A DNA stretch of 43,177 nt from Actinomycetota bacterium (GTDB lineage Bacteria > Actinomycetota > Actinomycetes > Actinomycetales > Microbacteriaceae): NCBI GenBank assembly GCA_046074425.1, contig JBJTOG010000036.1, forward strand, positions 1 to 43,177, in the 5' to 3' direction. Positions 20,589 to 31,678 of the stretch are shown piece by piece (within the stretch, counting starts at the first letter, position 1; each line of letters begins with the position of its first letter). The notes beneath the pieces were generated by a model. It did no database searches. It saw nothing but the letters and a program-made list of their open reading frames with translations, and was not told the origin of the DNA. Both the position numbers and the translations under genes were made by a program.

Positions 20589-20910
20589 TCACCAGTGACT
20601 CAAAAGTATCAAAGCAGCTGTATTTTCCGGTGTGGCATGCTGGTCCAGCCTCATTTACCCGAACTAGTAGTGAATCTCCATCGCAATCGGCGAGAACCTG
20701 GATAACTTCCTGAGTGTTCCCACTGGTCGCTCCCTTGTGCCAGAGTTCCCCTCTAGATCTCGACCAAAATACCGCCTGCTTGGTATTAAGGGTGAGCTCT
20801 AAAGAATCTAAATTCATATAGGCAAGCATCAGCACCTTCCCACTCTCGTGACTCTGAACTATCGCTGGGATAAGGCCGGTGGCGTCAAACTTTAGATCGG
20901 ACAGCTTCAT
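20578..20910 (-). CDS. hisI: Phosphoribosyl-AMP cyclohydrolase
   Basis: [37 protein letters not shown]. Confidence 0.96.
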   Translation of the reverse strand: MKLSDLKFDATGLIPAIVQSHESGKVLMLAYMNLDSLELTLNTKQAVFWSRSRGELWHKGATSGNTQEVIQVLADCDGDSLLVRVNEAGPACHTGKYSCFDTFESLVSDD

Positions 20911-20912
20911 AA

Positions 20913-21677
20913 TTAGCTCCTCACTGGAATTCCAGCATTTCGAAGTTCAATCTTAACTTCGTCAATAGAAACCTGTCTGGAATGAAAGATAGAGGCGGCC
21001 AATAGAGCATCTGAACCAGCGGCTGCAGCGGTCGAAAAATCAGAAGCCTTTCCAGCACCGCCGGAGGCAATTATTGGACAAGATGATATCTCTCGAATGC
21101 AACTTATTAGCTCTAGATCGAAGCCGGCCTTAGTCCCGTCGGCATCGATACTGTTTATAAGCAGCTCCCCTGCCCCCAATTCTTGGACTTGCTCCACCCA
21201 TTGAAGTGCATCGAGTCCGGTCTCCTTTGTTCCCCCGTGGGAGGTTATTACAAACCCTGACCTACTTTCAGGGTCTCTTTTAATGTCAAGTGACACGACA
21301 AGAATTTGATTTCCGAATTCATCCGAGATTTCGCGCAGCAGCGTGGGGCGCTCAATACCGGCCGACCCTACTGAAACCTTATCCGCACCTGCTTCCAGCA
21401 AAGCAGCCACATCAGATTTAGTTTTGATTCCCCCTCCAACTGTGAGAGGTATAAAAACGGACTCAGCCGTTCTCGAAACAACGTCCAACATTGTTCGCCG
21501 GTTTTCTAAAGTTGCCCCAACGTCTAGGAAGGTAATTTCGTCAGCGCCCTCTAGGTAGTATCGTGAGGCCAATTCCACTGGATCACCGACGTCTGCAAGG
21601 TTTTCAAAATTGACACCTTTGACCACCCTGCCGGCGCTCACGTCAAGACAAGGAATGACCCTAACCGTCAACGACAA
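20913..21677 (-). CDS. hisF: Imidazole glycerol phosphate synthase cyclase subunit
   Basis: [42 protein letters not shown]. Confidence 0.97.
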   Translation of the reverse strand: MSLTVRVIPCLDVSAGRVVKGVNFENLADVGDPVELASRYYLEGADEITFLDVGATLENRRTMLDVVSRTAESVFIPLTVGGGIKTKSDVAALLEAGADKVSVGSAGIERPTLLREISDEFGNQILVVSLDIKRDPESRSGFVITSHGGTKETGLDALQWVEQVQELGAGELLINSIDADGTKAGFDLELISCIREISSCPIIASGGAGKASDFSTAAAAGSDALLAASIFHSRQVSIDEVKIELRNAGIPVRS

Positions 21678-22520
21678 CTAAATCCTCGCGGCGTGAATAG
21701 CGCTGACCAGGATTGCTCGAGCTCCAAGCTGGTACAACTCATCCATTTTTTGATTAGTTTGATCAGCTCTAACCAAAGACCGAATGGCGACCCAGTCCGA
21801 ATCTCTAAGCGGAGAAATTGTCGGCGACTCAATTCCGGGAGTGATTTTGGAGGCTTCTTCGACCAGGTTCAGTGGGCAATCGTAGTCAAAGATCACATAT
21901 TCTCTTGCCACCCTGACTCCCTCTAATCGCTGAAGGAGATTTGCTACTTCGGCCTCTTTACCTTTTGCGACGATAAGTTGGGCATCACTTTCCAAAATTA
22001 CTGGTCCAAAAATCTCTAAACCTGCGGCTCGCAATGTGTTACCAGTAGACACCACATCCGCGACCACCTCAGCAACTCCTAATCGGACCGATACCTCAAC
22101 TGCCCCATCGAGCTCAATAATATTTGCTTCGATTCCGATTTCATTTAGGAAACTTCGTATTAGATTTGGGTACGCGGTGGCGACTGATCTGCCATTAATT
22201 TCGTTCAAATCTTTGTAGGTTCCAATCGGACCTGCAAAACGAAGAGTTGAACCACCAAAACCGAGCGAAGCTACCGAAGTTGCGCTGGAACCAGAATCTA
22301 GCAGCAGATCCAGCCCAGTGAATCCCGCGTCCAAGGCTCCGCTTCCAACGTAGGTTGCTATGTCTCTAGGCCGGAGGTAAAAGAAATCAATGTTCGCCTG
22401 CTCGTCAAAAACGTGAAGGTCTTTGGAATCCCGACGTACGGCATAACCCGCCTCTCGAAGCATGCTGATAGCTGCTTCCGACAAAATCCCCTTGTTGGGA
22501 ACTGCAACTCTAAGTGACAT
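21678..22520 (-). CDS. hisG: ATP phosphoribosyltransferase (long form)
   Basis: LRVAVPNKG, LRPRDIATYV, LDGAVE, DVVSTGNTL, C-terminal regulatory domain (TPGIESPTISPL). Confidence 0.97.
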   Translation of the reverse strand: MSLRVAVPNKGILSEAAISMLREAGYAVRRDSKDLHVFDEQANIDFFYLRPRDIATYVGSGALDAGFTGLDLLLDSGSSATSVASLGFGGSTLRFAGPIGTYKDLNEINGRSVATAYPNLIRSFLNEIGIEANIIELDGAVEVSVRLGVAEVVADVVSTGNTLRAAGLEIFGPVILESDAQLIVAKGKEAEVANLLQRLEGVRVAREYVIFDYDCPLNLVEEASKITPGIESPTISPLRDSDWVAIRSLVRADQTNQKMDELYQLGARAILVSAIHAARI

Positions 22521-22783
22521 TAGAGCTCCGCCTCTATATCTTCCATACTGATGCCCTGATCAATCATTAGAACTTGAATGTGGTAGATGAGTTGAGCTAT
22601 TTCCTGAGCGGTTCGCTCTATTCCCTCATGCTCGGCAGCCATCCAAACCTCGCTAGCCTCCTCAACAATCTTTTTGCCAATGGCGTGGGTTCCTTGATCC
22701 AATAATTCAACGGTTCTCGAACCCGCTGGGCGCGATTGTGAGCGATCTTTGAGGGTTACAAATAGTTCTTCGAAGCTGGCCAT
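22520..22783 (-). CDS. hisE: Phosphoribosyl-ATP pyrophosphatase
   Basis: IGKKIVEEASEVWMAAEHE, EIAQLIYH. Confidence 0.95.
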   Translation of the reverse strand: MASFEELFVTLKDRSQSRPAGSRTVELLDQGTHAIGKKIVEEASEVWMAAEHEGIERTAQEIAQLIYHIQVLMIDQGISMEDIEAEL

Positions 22784-22786
22784 GCC

Positions 22787-23443
22787 TTAAAGGTTACCCG
22801 CTTGTAAACGAAGTTCTCCGATTCTCTGATTTCTATTAGAAGCCTCGAATACTGCTGTACCTGCTACGAAGGTATCGGCACCAGCATCAGAAAGTTCGGA
22901 TATGTTCTCAAGTGTTATGCCGCCATCAACTTGGATACTGAGCTTCGGGGCCAATTTATTTGCGAGGCTTCTGGCCTCTGAAATCTTCGCAACAGTTTCG
23001 GGAATCAGACTCTGTCCCCCAAAACCTGGTTCAACAGTCATCACCAGCAACATATCGATCTTTGGAAGAAACTCGGCAACTTGTACGATTGGCGTTCCTG
23101 GCTTCAGAGCAATAGCTACCTTGGAACCCGCCGAGGTTATCTTCTCGATTACTTCAATTGGATTCTTGGTTGCTTCAAGGTGAAACGTAATGGAGTGTGC
23201 GCCGGTAGCCGCGTATTCACCGACCCAAAGCTCTGGATTTTCGATCATAAGGTGCACGTCTAGTGGTACCTTGGCCACTTCGTTGATGCGCTTTACTACC
23301 GGTAGCCCGATAGTGAGATTGGGGACAAAATGACCGTCCATGACATCAACATGTATTAGGTCAGCATCGGAAATCGATGCCAGATCCCGCTCGAGGTTTG
23401 CGAAATCAGCACTTAGAATGCTTGGTGCGATTCGGGCTGGCAT
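22787..23443 (-). CDS. rpe: Ribulose-phosphate 3-epimerase
   Basis: IAPSILSADF, HVDVMDGHFVPN, LDVHLM, MTVEPGFGGQ, VDGGI. Confidence 0.97.
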   Translation of the reverse strand: MPARIAPSILSADFANLERDLASISDADLIHVDVMDGHFVPNLTIGLPVVKRINEVAKVPLDVHLMIENPELWVGEYAATGAHSITFHLEATKNPIEVIEKITSAGSKVAIALKPGTPIVQVAEFLPKIDMLLVMTVEPGFGGQSLIPETVAKISEARSLANKLAPKLSIQVDGGITLENISELSDAGADTFVAGTAVFEASNRNQRIGELRLQAGNL

Positions 23444-23447
23444 GTCT

Positions 23448-24803
23448 TTAGCCTACTGATTTGCGCAAAAGCGCGATAAACATTGCATCTGTTGAGTGCT
23501 GGTGAGGCCAGAGTTGCGCTGTTTTTACGCTTTCGTCCAATCCGAGTGAAGGAGATATTGAATTCAGCAAAGAATTTGCATTAAGAATCTCAGCTTTACC
23601 TTCGAATTTGGCTTTCGCCCAGGCAACCTGAGCAGTAGTTTCGCTCAAATGGGGCGAACAGGTGACATAGGCCAATACACCACCCGGTGCCAGCATCTCC
23701 CATCCGGAGGTAATCAAATCTCTCTGAAGTTTTGTTAGATCAGCCAAATCAGCTGGCTGCTTTCGATAACGAGCCTCAGGTCGCCGACGAAGTGCACCAA
23801 GCCCGGTACACGGCGCATCAATAAGTATCCTGCTGAAGGTCTTGCCAAGTTGAGGAAGATTTTTGCCATCCATAATTGTGATCTCGAAATTTGTTCCTAA
23901 AGGTTCAAGCGCCCTTCGAACCAATTCCGCACGTTTTGGCAATACTTCGTTGCAGAGAACGTTTACATCCAATTTTTTTGCTAAAGCAACTAATAGGGCT
24001 GCTTTTCCTCCTGGACCGGCGCACATGTCCAGCCAACCAGACTCTTGGCAGAGAATCGGTGCGCTTGTCAAAGCTAAGGCGGCCAATTGGGAACCTTGGT
24101 CTTGAACCCGCACGATACCTTGACGTATCTCAGCAATAGCTGATGGATTGCCTTCGATTTCTCCACCAATTGGGGAAGCCGGTCCTCTTTCCGCTCCGAT
24201 GGATTGGAGATTTGTTGGGTCAAAGTGTCCAGGTAGAGCACAAACCGAAACTTTAGCTGGCAGATTATTAATTTCGAGTAAAGATTGCAGCTCTGCTTCT
24301 TTGCCTCTTGAGGCAAGTGCGGCTTTGAGAGCTTGGACAACCCAGATCGGGTGAGAATAGATCAACCCAAGTGCTGAAGTATCGTCCCTTTCACCTGCAG
24401 AAACTTCTGCCTTCCACTGCTCTAGATCATTCCGAAGGATTTTTCGAAGCACTGCATTTACAAATCCAACCGCCCCAGAACCAGCAACTTTCTTGGCTAG
24501 ATTTACAGTTTCGTTTATGGCCGCATGATCGGGAACCCTCATTTGGAGAATTTGATGGGCGCCAATTCGAAGCAAGATTAGAGCATTTGGATCGATTTCT
24601 GGAATTTTCCGACCCGATGCCAGTTCAATGATGCGGTCGTAAAGCAATTTGTTTCTGATAGTTCCAAAAGCCAATTCTTGGACGAAGCTGGAATCCCTTG
24701 AATCTAATCCGCTTCTTTCCAAAAGTTTTGGTAGCAGGAGGTTGGCATATGCATCCTCTGCCTCAACCCGCTTCAGTAATTCAAACGCTAAATCTCTTAT
24801 CAA
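23448..24803 (-). CDS. rsmB: 16S rRNA m5C967 methyltransferase (RsmB/Fmu)
   Basis: N-terminal NusB-like domain, VQDQGSQ, LDMCAGPGGK, DAPCTGLG, YVTCS. Confidence 0.93.
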   Translation of the reverse strand: MIRDLAFELLKRVEAEDAYANLLLPKLLERSGLDSRDSSFVQELAFGTIRNKLLYDRIIELASGRKIPEIDPNALILLRIGAHQILQMRVPDHAAINETVNLAKKVAGSGAVGFVNAVLRKILRNDLEQWKAEVSAGERDDTSALGLIYSHPIWVVQALKAALASRGKEAELQSLLEINNLPAKVSVCALPGHFDPTNLQSIGAERGPASPIGGEIEGNPSAIAEIRQGIVRVQDQGSQLAALALTSAPILCQESGWLDMCAGPGGKAALLVALAKKLDVNVLCNEVLPKRAELVRRALEPLGTNFEITIMDGKNLPQLGKTFSRILIDAPCTGLGALRRRPEARYRKQPADLADLTKLQRDLITSGWEMLAPGGVLAYVTCSPHLSETTAQVAWAKAKFEGKAEILNANSLLNSISPSLGLDESVKTAQLWPHQHSTDAMFIALLRKSVG

Positions 24804-25717
24804 GTTACGACGAACTCTCGTAAACCGCGGTACCAGTCCTGCGCCGACATGGACTTCTTACCGGCTGGTTTGACCTCAATCAACTTAAGCGATGTTCCCA
24901 TTCCGCATCCCAAGAAAACCTGTTTGTCTTCCATGACCAATTCTCCAGAGGCTAGATTGACCCTACTCCCTACGGCAGCTCGATGAATTCGAATCGGATT
25001 GCCATCGTGGTGAAGCCATGCCATAGGTTCAGGATTCATGGCTCGGATCTGGCGTTCTATTTCCAAAGCAGGTCTCGTGATGTTAATATGGGCCGATTCA
25101 CGAGTCGGTTTGAATGCAACTGATTGAGCGGATCCCTTGGGCTGCGGCTTAGCGGAAGCAAGTTTCCCGGCGAAATCACTGATAGTTTCAACAAGCAGTT
25201 GATTTCCTATTGCGCTAAGTCGCTCAAGGAGATCACCGGAGGTTTCTCCAGGGAAAATTTCGGTGCGTTTTGCAGAAATAATGTCACCGGTGTCCACCCC
25301 CTCGTCAAGTCGAAATACCGTAACTCCAGTTTCACTCCTACCACTCAAGATGGCATGTTGAACGGGCGCTGGGCCAGGAAAATCAGGAAGTAGTGAGTAG
25401 TGCAGATTTATCCAGCCGTAAGGTGGAATTTCGAGGTCATCATTTCGAAGTATGCAGCCGTAAGCCACCACAATCCCAAGATCAGGTTTCAGATTGCGTA
25501 TCCAGTCCCTCGCCTGGTCATCAATTCGATTGGTTTTGAAAAGCGCCACTCCGAGCTCAGTAGCCACTTTTGCCACGGCTGTCTGCTCTATGGATTTCTT
25601 GCGGCCCTGAACAGAGTCTGTTCTAGTTAGAACACCGACTATGTCAAAACCCGAGGTGGCTAGAATTCTCAGCGCACTAGCCGCATTGTTTGGTGATCCA
25701 GCAAAAATAATCTTCAA
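24800..25717 (-). CDS. fmt: Methionyl-tRNA formyltransferase
   Basis: MKIIFAGS, VVAYG, WINLHYSLLP..GPAPVQ, ETGVTVFRLDEGVDTG. Confidence 0.96.
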   Translation of the reverse strand: MKIIFAGSPNNAASALRILATSGFDIVGVLTRTDSVQGRKKSIEQTAVAKVATELGVALFKTNRIDDQARDWIRNLKPDLGIVVAYGCILRNDDLEIPPYGWINLHYSLLPDFPGPAPVQHAILSGRSETGVTVFRLDEGVDTGDIISAKRTEIFPGETSGDLLERLSAIGNQLLVETISDFAGKLASAKPQPKGSAQSVAFKPTRESAHINITRPALEIERQIRAMNPEPMAWLHHDGNPIRIHRAAVGSRVNLASGELVMEDKQVFLGCGMGTSLKLIEVKPAGKKSMSAQDWYRGLREFVVT

Positions 25718-25730
25718 AAGAGCTCCCAGA

Positions 25731-27626
25731 CTAGATTATTTCAGACATCTTGACGCGAACAGCTCTTGAAGTCTTTCCTGTGGCACTGCTGACTGATGTC
25801 TTCCCAAAAAGGGCAAGCTCGGCTTTGAGAATTTTAACGATTCCTTGTCTTGCTGAATATGTATACCGGAATAGTAGCCTCCATGCGCTATCCCTCGGCG
25901 CAATCCCAACTATCTGGACATCTTCGGTTTTTTCAAGAAGTTCCTTGAACCTCTCAACAATTGCTTGCTCGGCGCTAATGCTTCCCAATTTAGCCGCTGG
26001 CGGCAACGACAATTGTTGACGCGACTGATATTGGTTAGCGGCAATCTCCATTTGAGCCCAAAGCGAGATGTTTTGCGCTAAAGAACCACTTATACCAACC
26101 AATAATCCCCTACCTTTAGGAGAAATCTTCGCGAAGGCATTAGACCACTTTCGAACGGCGTCCTCTTCCGCGAAGAGAGATTGCCTAGAGAGCAGAACCT
26201 GCGCATCTAAAATGACTACTGTTTGATATCCCCCTGAGACAGAGGGCTCGGCACCCGCTGTCGCAACGACTAAGGTGTTTTTATTCTTGACAGTCAGTGT
26301 TTTGGTCTCGTAGGTGGATTCAATGACGCGAACTCCAGGAAACGCTTTGCCTAGCTCAGTTGCAGTTCTGGATGAACCAGCCCGTCCTGAAGTGAGCTGG
26401 TTAGACCCACAGCCACAAACGTAGTCCAATGAGTAACCATTGCACCAACGACATCTTAATTTGGAGTTGCTGTCGGTGAAGAGTGGACCAGAGCATTTTG
26501 CGCAACAAGCCCTAGCGTCGCATTCCTTACAGCTAAGCCAGACTGATTCCCCAGGGGATGCAACTTGAACAAGCACACTCCCCTCCAACAAGCCTTCCTT
26601 GATTGCCTTGAAAGCTGGCGAATCGATTCGAAATCCTGGTTCCGAAAGTGATATTCGAGGAGTTGGAAAATTTACGGATAAATTTTCTAAGTAGCCAATA
26701 TCAAGTAAGCGAAAAATTTCAGTTGATACGCAATGGGAGGAGAAGATAAGCGAAGCACCCGATACGTTTTGTCGAATTAAAGCGACATCCAAGGCCCTTA
26801 GGTAAGGCGAAGCTTGATCCGTAAAACTATCGTCAGATTCATCCCAGACCAAAATCAGGCCTAGATTTTTCACCGGGGCGAACATCGCGGACCTGGTCCC
26901 AATTGCAATAATCGCATCGCTCCTCAGAGCCTTTAACCACTGAGAGTATGACTTTGATTTAGCTTGGTCGGTTGATAAGTCACTAACCCAATCCTGTAAG
27001 CCCTGTGATGACAGATGCTTCCGCAAAACTGAAAGATCCCTAAAATCTGGCACTGCGATGATGGCGGATTTGCCTCTAGCAATTGCCTCTCTAGCTAATT
27101 GAACGTAAAGCGCTAGCCAACTCGGCACGGCCTCATCTCCAATTGTCACTTCCTTTGGCGGCGCCAGAAAAAACCCCCTTGTTCCGCCAGTTGATATCTC
27201 TGGGATTGGGCGAGCGAGCAGACCCTTTAGATCTAAAGCGGCAGTGTTTGGGAGGGAAGGTGCTAGGTCAGAAATGGTGTTGGAATACGAGCGTGGCATG
27301 TGTGGATGGATGAAAAATTTGAGAATTTCTCCAAGCGTTGAAACGTTTCTGGAAGCGATTTCGCGGGCAGTGTTTAGGATTTCCACAGAGATAACTGATT
27401 CAGTTGTCACAATAGCCTCAATAGCTGAGAGCTTCCCAGAAAAATCAGATTCATTCTTTATTCCAACGACTATTGCCTCAATGGGCTTTTTTGAACGACC
27501 GAAATTCACTAAGACCCGGGAACCGAATGTAATCTGTTCATTAAGTTGAATAGGAATTTCGTAGTCAAATTCTCTATCGAGCTGAGGAAGTGGCGAGAGA
27601 AAAACTACGCTGGCAACTTTCGACAT
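25731..27626 (-). CDS. priA: Primosomal protein N' (PriA), actinobacterial type with degenerate helicase motifs
   Basis: LDREFDY 3'-binding domain, IGTRSAMFAP, Cys-rich CKEC/CAKC/CRWC/CGC region, RTATELGKAFP; metK-priA-fmt synteny. Confidence 0.9.
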   Translation of the reverse strand: MSKVASVVFLSPLPQLDREFDYEIPIQLNEQITFGSRVLVNFGRSKKPIEAIVVGIKNESDFSGKLSAIEAIVTTESVISVEILNTAREIASRNVSTLGEILKFFIHPHMPRSYSNTISDLAPSLPNTAALDLKGLLARPIPEISTGGTRGFFLAPPKEVTIGDEAVPSWLALYVQLAREAIARGKSAIIAVPDFRDLSVLRKHLSSQGLQDWVSDLSTDQAKSKSYSQWLKALRSDAIIAIGTRSAMFAPVKNLGLILVWDESDDSFTDQASPYLRALDVALIRQNVSGASLIFSSHCVSTEIFRLLDIGYLENLSVNFPTPRISLSEPGFRIDSPAFKAIKEGLLEGSVLVQVASPGESVWLSCKECDARACCAKCSGPLFTDSNSKLRCRWCNGYSLDYVCGCGSNQLTSGRAGSSRTATELGKAFPGVRVIESTYETKTLTVKNKNTLVVATAGAEPSVSGGYQTVVILDAQVLLSRQSLFAEEDAVRKWSNAFAKISPKGRGLLVGISGSLAQNISLWAQMEIAANQYQSRQQLSLPPAAKLGSISAEQAIVERFKELLEKTEDVQIVGIAPRDSAWRLLFRYTYSARQGIVKILKAELALFGKTSVSSATGKTSRAVRVKMSEII

Positions 27627-28819
27627 CAGAGCTTCAAGATTGAACGTAGTTCCTCAACCCGGTCAAGTTTCTCCCAGCTAAATTCGGGCAATTCTCGACC
27701 AAAGTGCCCGTAGCTAGCGGTTCCGGCATATATCGGTCTGAGTAGATCCAAGCTGCCAATAATTGCTTTAGGACGTAAATCAAATACTTCCCTGATTGCT
27801 TTTTCAATGCGGTCAGGATCAGTTTTTTCGGTTCCGAAAGTTTCAACGTAGACGCCAATTGGATTAGCGACACCGATTGCATAGGCCACTTGAACCTCGG
27901 CGCGATCAGCCGCTCCCGATGCCACTAAATTCTTAGCAACCCACCGCATGGCGTAAGCGGCTGAGCGATCCACCTTGCTCGGATCCTTACCGCTGAAGGC
28001 TCCGCCACCATGCCTTGCGTAGCCACCGTAGGTGTCAACAATTATTTTTCGGCCAGTTAGTCCGGCATCTCCCTGGGGTCCACCTATTACGAATCTTCCG
28101 GTTGGGTTTATGAAGTATTTTGCAGAACTGAAATCGAGCCCTGACTCCATCAAAATCGGTTTTACAACTTCCGACATGACAGCCTGTTCAATGTCTATTT
28201 GAGTAGCACTCTCATCGTGCTGCGTGGAAACGACAATGGCTTCAATGGTTTTGGGAACTTGTCCTTCATAACCAATCGTTACTTGAGTCTTACCATCTGG
28301 CCGCAGAAAACTAACCGTTCCCTCCTTTCGCACCTTTGCGAGTTGCGCAGCAAGCTTGTGAGAAAGGTCAATTGCGGTGGGCATGAAATTTTTGGTTTCA
28401 TTGCTGGCGTATCCAAACATGATTCCCTGGTCGCCCGCCCCTTGTGTCTCAAGCGGATCTGAACTACCGAGGGTTCTTGCTTCTACCCCGCTTTCAATAC
28501 CAGATGCTATGTCTTGGGATTGTTGCCCAATTGATACCGATACCCCACAGCTTCTGCCGTCAAACCCAATTTTTGAAGAGTCATAACCAATTTCCAGAAT
28601 TTTGGCTCTTACGATCGATGGAATTTCAACGTAGCCGCTTGTTGAGACCTCGCCCGCAACATGCACCAAACCAGTAGTGTCCATCGTCTCAACCGCTACT
28701 CGAGCCAGTGGATCTTCGGTGAGCATTGCGTCCAGAATGGCATCAGAAATCTGATCACAAACTTTATCTGGGTGACCTTCGGTCACGGACTCTGACGTGA
28801 AATGCCTTAGTTTGCTCAT
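27626..28819 (-). CDS. metK: S-adenosylmethionine synthetase
   Basis: [49 protein letters not shown]. Confidence 0.98.
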   Translation of the reverse strand: MSKLRHFTSESVTEGHPDKVCDQISDAILDAMLTEDPLARVAVETMDTTGLVHVAGEVSTSGYVEIPSIVRAKILEIGYDSSKIGFDGRSCGVSVSIGQQSQDIASGIESGVEARTLGSSDPLETQGAGDQGIMFGYASNETKNFMPTAIDLSHKLAAQLAKVRKEGTVSFLRPDGKTQVTIGYEGQVPKTIEAIVVSTQHDESATQIDIEQAVMSEVVKPILMESGLDFSSAKYFINPTGRFVIGGPQGDAGLTGRKIIVDTYGGYARHGGGAFSGKDPSKVDRSAAYAMRWVAKNLVASGAADRAEVQVAYAIGVANPIGVYVETFGTEKTDPDRIEKAIREVFDLRPKAIIGSLDLLRPIYAGTASYGHFGRELPEFSWEKLDRVEELRSILKL

Positions 28820-30015
28820 AGCTTCCCTAGTCTATTTGCGACTTCAGTTAGGACATGTGCAGCAATCTCATTTTTGGTCCCAGAAATGGCTATTTCGACG
28901 TCTTGACCTAGCAGTAGCACCGAGTTATTTTCGGAACCGAAAACTTTGCCGCTCGAAATATCGTTGGCTACCAGGAAATCGCAGCCTTTGGCCTGCCATT
29001 TCTTAGTGGCAACACCTTGCAGATCTGGGCTGGATTCCGCTGCAAAACCTACTGAAACCAGGTTTTGCTTTATATTTTTTGCCTGATTAATTGCAGATTT
29101 AAGAATGTCGGGATTTGAAACTAGCTCTATTGTCGGATTTTCAGTCTTTGCTCTATCGAGCTTGCCTTCAATTGGCTCTTTGGGGCGAAAATCAGCTACG
29201 GCAGCTGCCATAACTAATAGATCAGTGTCGGAAAGAAGAGTTAGTAGTTCCTTCTGTAGTTCAAGCGCGCTATCGGCCCGAATAATTATTTGCGCCGAAT
29301 CTGGGCGAGCATCAAAATTTGAACTAATGAGAGTGACATTTGCACCCATTCGCTTAGCGACCAAGGCGAACGCTTGACCTTGCTTACCAGATGAGTAATT
29401 CCCTATGAAGCGAGCATCATCGATCTTCTCTCTGGTTCCGCCTGCGGTGACCAAAACCCGCACTCCCTTCAATAACGGCGGTGAGAGAAGTTCGAGAGCA
29501 GCTTCGAAGATTTCATTTGGTTCACTGAGGCGTCCAGGTCCACTGTCTTTACCAGTAAGGCGACCGCTTGCTGGTCCAATGAAATGAACGCCTCTAGTTT
29601 GCAAGGTCCTAATGTTTTCTTGGGTTGCAGGGTTGTTCCACATTTCAGTATGCATAGCCGGGGCAATGAGAACAGGGGCAGTTGTTGCAAGAAAGGTGGT
29701 TGTAAGAAGATCATCGGCGATGCCAGAAGCTACCTTTGCTATAAAAGATGCCGTTCCGGGAGAAATTACTAGAAGGTCCGCCTGTTGACCTAGCTCAACA
29801 TGTTTTACTGTGTCAACATCGGTAAATAAATCGGGATCGATGAGTTCAACTGTGTTGTGTGAAAGCGCCTCTAAAGTGGCCTTCCCTATGAACTTCAGGG
29901 CATTGGTAGTTGCAACAACTTTTACGGCATGGCCGGCTTCGCTAAATAATCTAATTAGAGAGGCGCTCTTGTAGGCCGAAACTCCCCCGGTGATACCGAG
30001 AACGACCTTTGCCAA
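28816..30015 (-). CDS. coaBC: Phosphopantothenoylcysteine decarboxylase/phosphopantothenate-cysteine ligase
   Basis: [47 protein letters not shown]. Confidence 0.96.
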   Translation of the reverse strand: MAKVVLGITGGVSAYKSASLIRLFSEAGHAVKVVATTNALKFIGKATLEALSHNTVELIDPDLFTDVDTVKHVELGQQADLLVISPGTASFIAKVASGIADDLLTTTFLATTAPVLIAPAMHTEMWNNPATQENIRTLQTRGVHFIGPASGRLTGKDSGPGRLSEPNEIFEAALELLSPPLLKGVRVLVTAGGTREKIDDARFIGNYSSGKQGQAFALVAKRMGANVTLISSNFDARPDSAQIIIRADSALELQKELLTLLSDTDLLVMAAAVADFRPKEPIEGKLDRAKTENPTIELVSNPDILKSAINQAKNIKQNLVSVGFAAESSPDLQGVATKKWQAKGCDFLVANDISSGKVFGSENNSVLLLGQDVEIAISGTKNEIAAHVLTEVANRLGKL

Positions 30016-30027
30016 TTTGTCTACCGA

Positions 30028-30282
30028 CTAGTCGAGGTTGCGCTTAGAAAGCAGCCCCTGATCAATCTCGTGCAGGGCGATAGTGAGCGGCTTCTCGTCA
30101 ATGGTGACATCTACCAGTGGTCCAACATTGTCAAAAAGGGAACCCTCATGAAGTGCAGAGTAATAGTCGTTGATCTGACGAGCGCGCTTTGCAGCAAACA
30201 TTACGAGTTCATATTTGGAATCCACTTTATCCATCAGCTTGTCAATGGACGGTGAAACGATACCCTCGAGTTTTTCAGACAT
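30028..30282 (-). CDS. rpoZ: RNA polymerase omega subunit
   Basis: [37 protein letters not shown]. Confidence 0.96.
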   Translation of the reverse strand: MSEKLEGIVSPSIDKLMDKVDSKYELVMFAAKRARQINDYYSALHEGSLFDNVGPLVDVTIDEKPLTIALHEIDQGLLSKRNLD

Positions 30283-30299
30283 AACGAACTTTCCTGTGC

Positions 30300-30854
30300 T
30301 TAGTTGGCTTTAGTCAATTCTACGACCTCTTGGGCACATCGCTCTACATCATCATTTGTGACTGTGAAATCAAATTCCCCCACTCTTGCGAGCTCTGACT
30401 TGGCGGTTTCCATTCGAATTGCCTTATCCTTTGGGGATTCTGTCCCCCTGGCATCCATTCGCTCTGCAAGAGCCTCGAAACTTGGGGGCTTTATGAAGAT
30501 AAGAATCGATTCTGGCGCTGTCTCTCTGACTTGCATTGCACCCTGCACATCAATCTCCAAAAGCACGTTGAATCCCATTTCTAGGGCCTTTTGGACGGGT
30601 GCTTTGGGTGTTCCGTATAAATTCGACCCATGAACTTCGGCCCACTCCAGCAATTCGCCCTTTTGGATCATTTCTTCAAATTCGGTTCGATCTACAAAGA
30701 TGTAAGAAATGCCATCTTGCTCTCCTGGTCGAGGTTCTCGCGTGGTTGCTGAGACTGAAAGGTGGAAATTCGGGAAATGTGAATGAATGTAGGAGGCAAC
30801 TGTTCCCTTCCCAACCGCAGATGGTCCAGCTAGAACAACTAGTTTCCCCGTCAC
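30300..30854 (-). CDS. gmk: Guanylate kinase
   Basis: [34 protein letters not shown]. Confidence 0.97.
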   Translation of the reverse strand: MTGKLVVLAGPSAVGKGTVASYIHSHFPNFHLSVSATTREPRPGEQDGISYIFVDRTEFEEMIQKGELLEWAEVHGSNLYGTPKAPVQKALEMGFNVLLEIDVQGAMQVRETAPESILIFIKPPSFEALAERMDARGTESPKDKAIRMETAKSELARVGEFDFTVTNDDVERCAQEVVELTKAN

Positions 30855-31678
30855 TTGGTCATTCCTTCCACGAGCTCCAGCTTTGCATTCTCAATCCTCG
30901 AAACAATTGAATCTTTAGAGTAGCTGGTAATGGATCGCGAAACATTACAGATGACGTTTTGAGAGTTTGACCCAAAAGTTGAAACTACCGATTGTAGTTC
31001 GGCACCTTGAAAGCCAAAGCCTGGTGCCAAAATTGGTGTTGATTTTAGATTTTCTTCTGCAATCCCGAAATCTTCTACCCTAACGTTAGCTCCAATAACT
31101 ACACCTATTGAGCCCAAATCCGCAGCGTTGTTCTTTGCTGCATAATCACAGATTTGACGAGCAACAGTCAATCCAGAATTCGTTGACATTTGTAAAGTTT
31201 TTGCCTCCGGATTTGAGGTAGCAGCAAGCAAAAATATCCCACGTCCAGATTGATTTGCAATAGAAACTACTTCGTTGAGCGATTCTGGACCAAGAAAAGG
31301 CGAAATTGTTAGGGCATCGGCTTGAAACACAGCGTCTTTGGATAGCCAGGCTGCCGAGTAGCCATTCATTGTGGAACCAATGTCGCCACGTTTTGCGTCG
31401 GCTATAACTAGAAGTTCACTTTCTGAAGCTCTTTCCAAGATAGCCTCAAGCACCTGAAATCCTTTAGAACCAAACTGTTCGAAGAAAGCCACCTGCGGTT
31501 TGATTATGCCGATGCAATCTTGGGCAGCATCGATAATGCGATATGCAAAATCACCCGCACCTTTTGCACTAAATTCCAGTCCCCAATTCGCCAACTGGTC
31601 AGGAGTTGGATCGATGCCTACGCAGAGATGCCCATATCTATCGAAGGCTCCCCTGAGCCGCTGGCCAAAATTAGGCAT
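30851..31678 (-). CDS. pyrF: Orotidine-5'-phosphate decarboxylase
   Basis: [42 protein letters not shown]. Start reassigned to ATG 31678 overlapping the carB stop. Confidence 0.95.
   Translation of the reverse strand: MPNFGQRLRGAFDRYGHLCVGIDPTPDQLANWGLEFSAKGAGDFAYRIIDAAQDCIGIIKPQVAFFEQFGSKGFQVLEAILERASESELLVIADAKRGDIGSTMNGYSAAWLSKDAVFQADALTISPFLGPESLNEVVSIANQSGRGIFLLAATSNPEAKTLQMSTNSGLTVARQICDYAAKNNAADLGSIGVVIGANVRVEDFGIAEENLKSTPILAPGFGFQGAELQSVVSTFGSNSQNVICNVSRSITSYSKDSIVSRIENAKLELVEGMTK

Noticed and set aside
20588-22800. Possible trp or his leader-peptide attenuators
   Set aside because: trpE overlaps hisI and hisE follows rpe by 3 bp; no space and no Trp/His codon runs.
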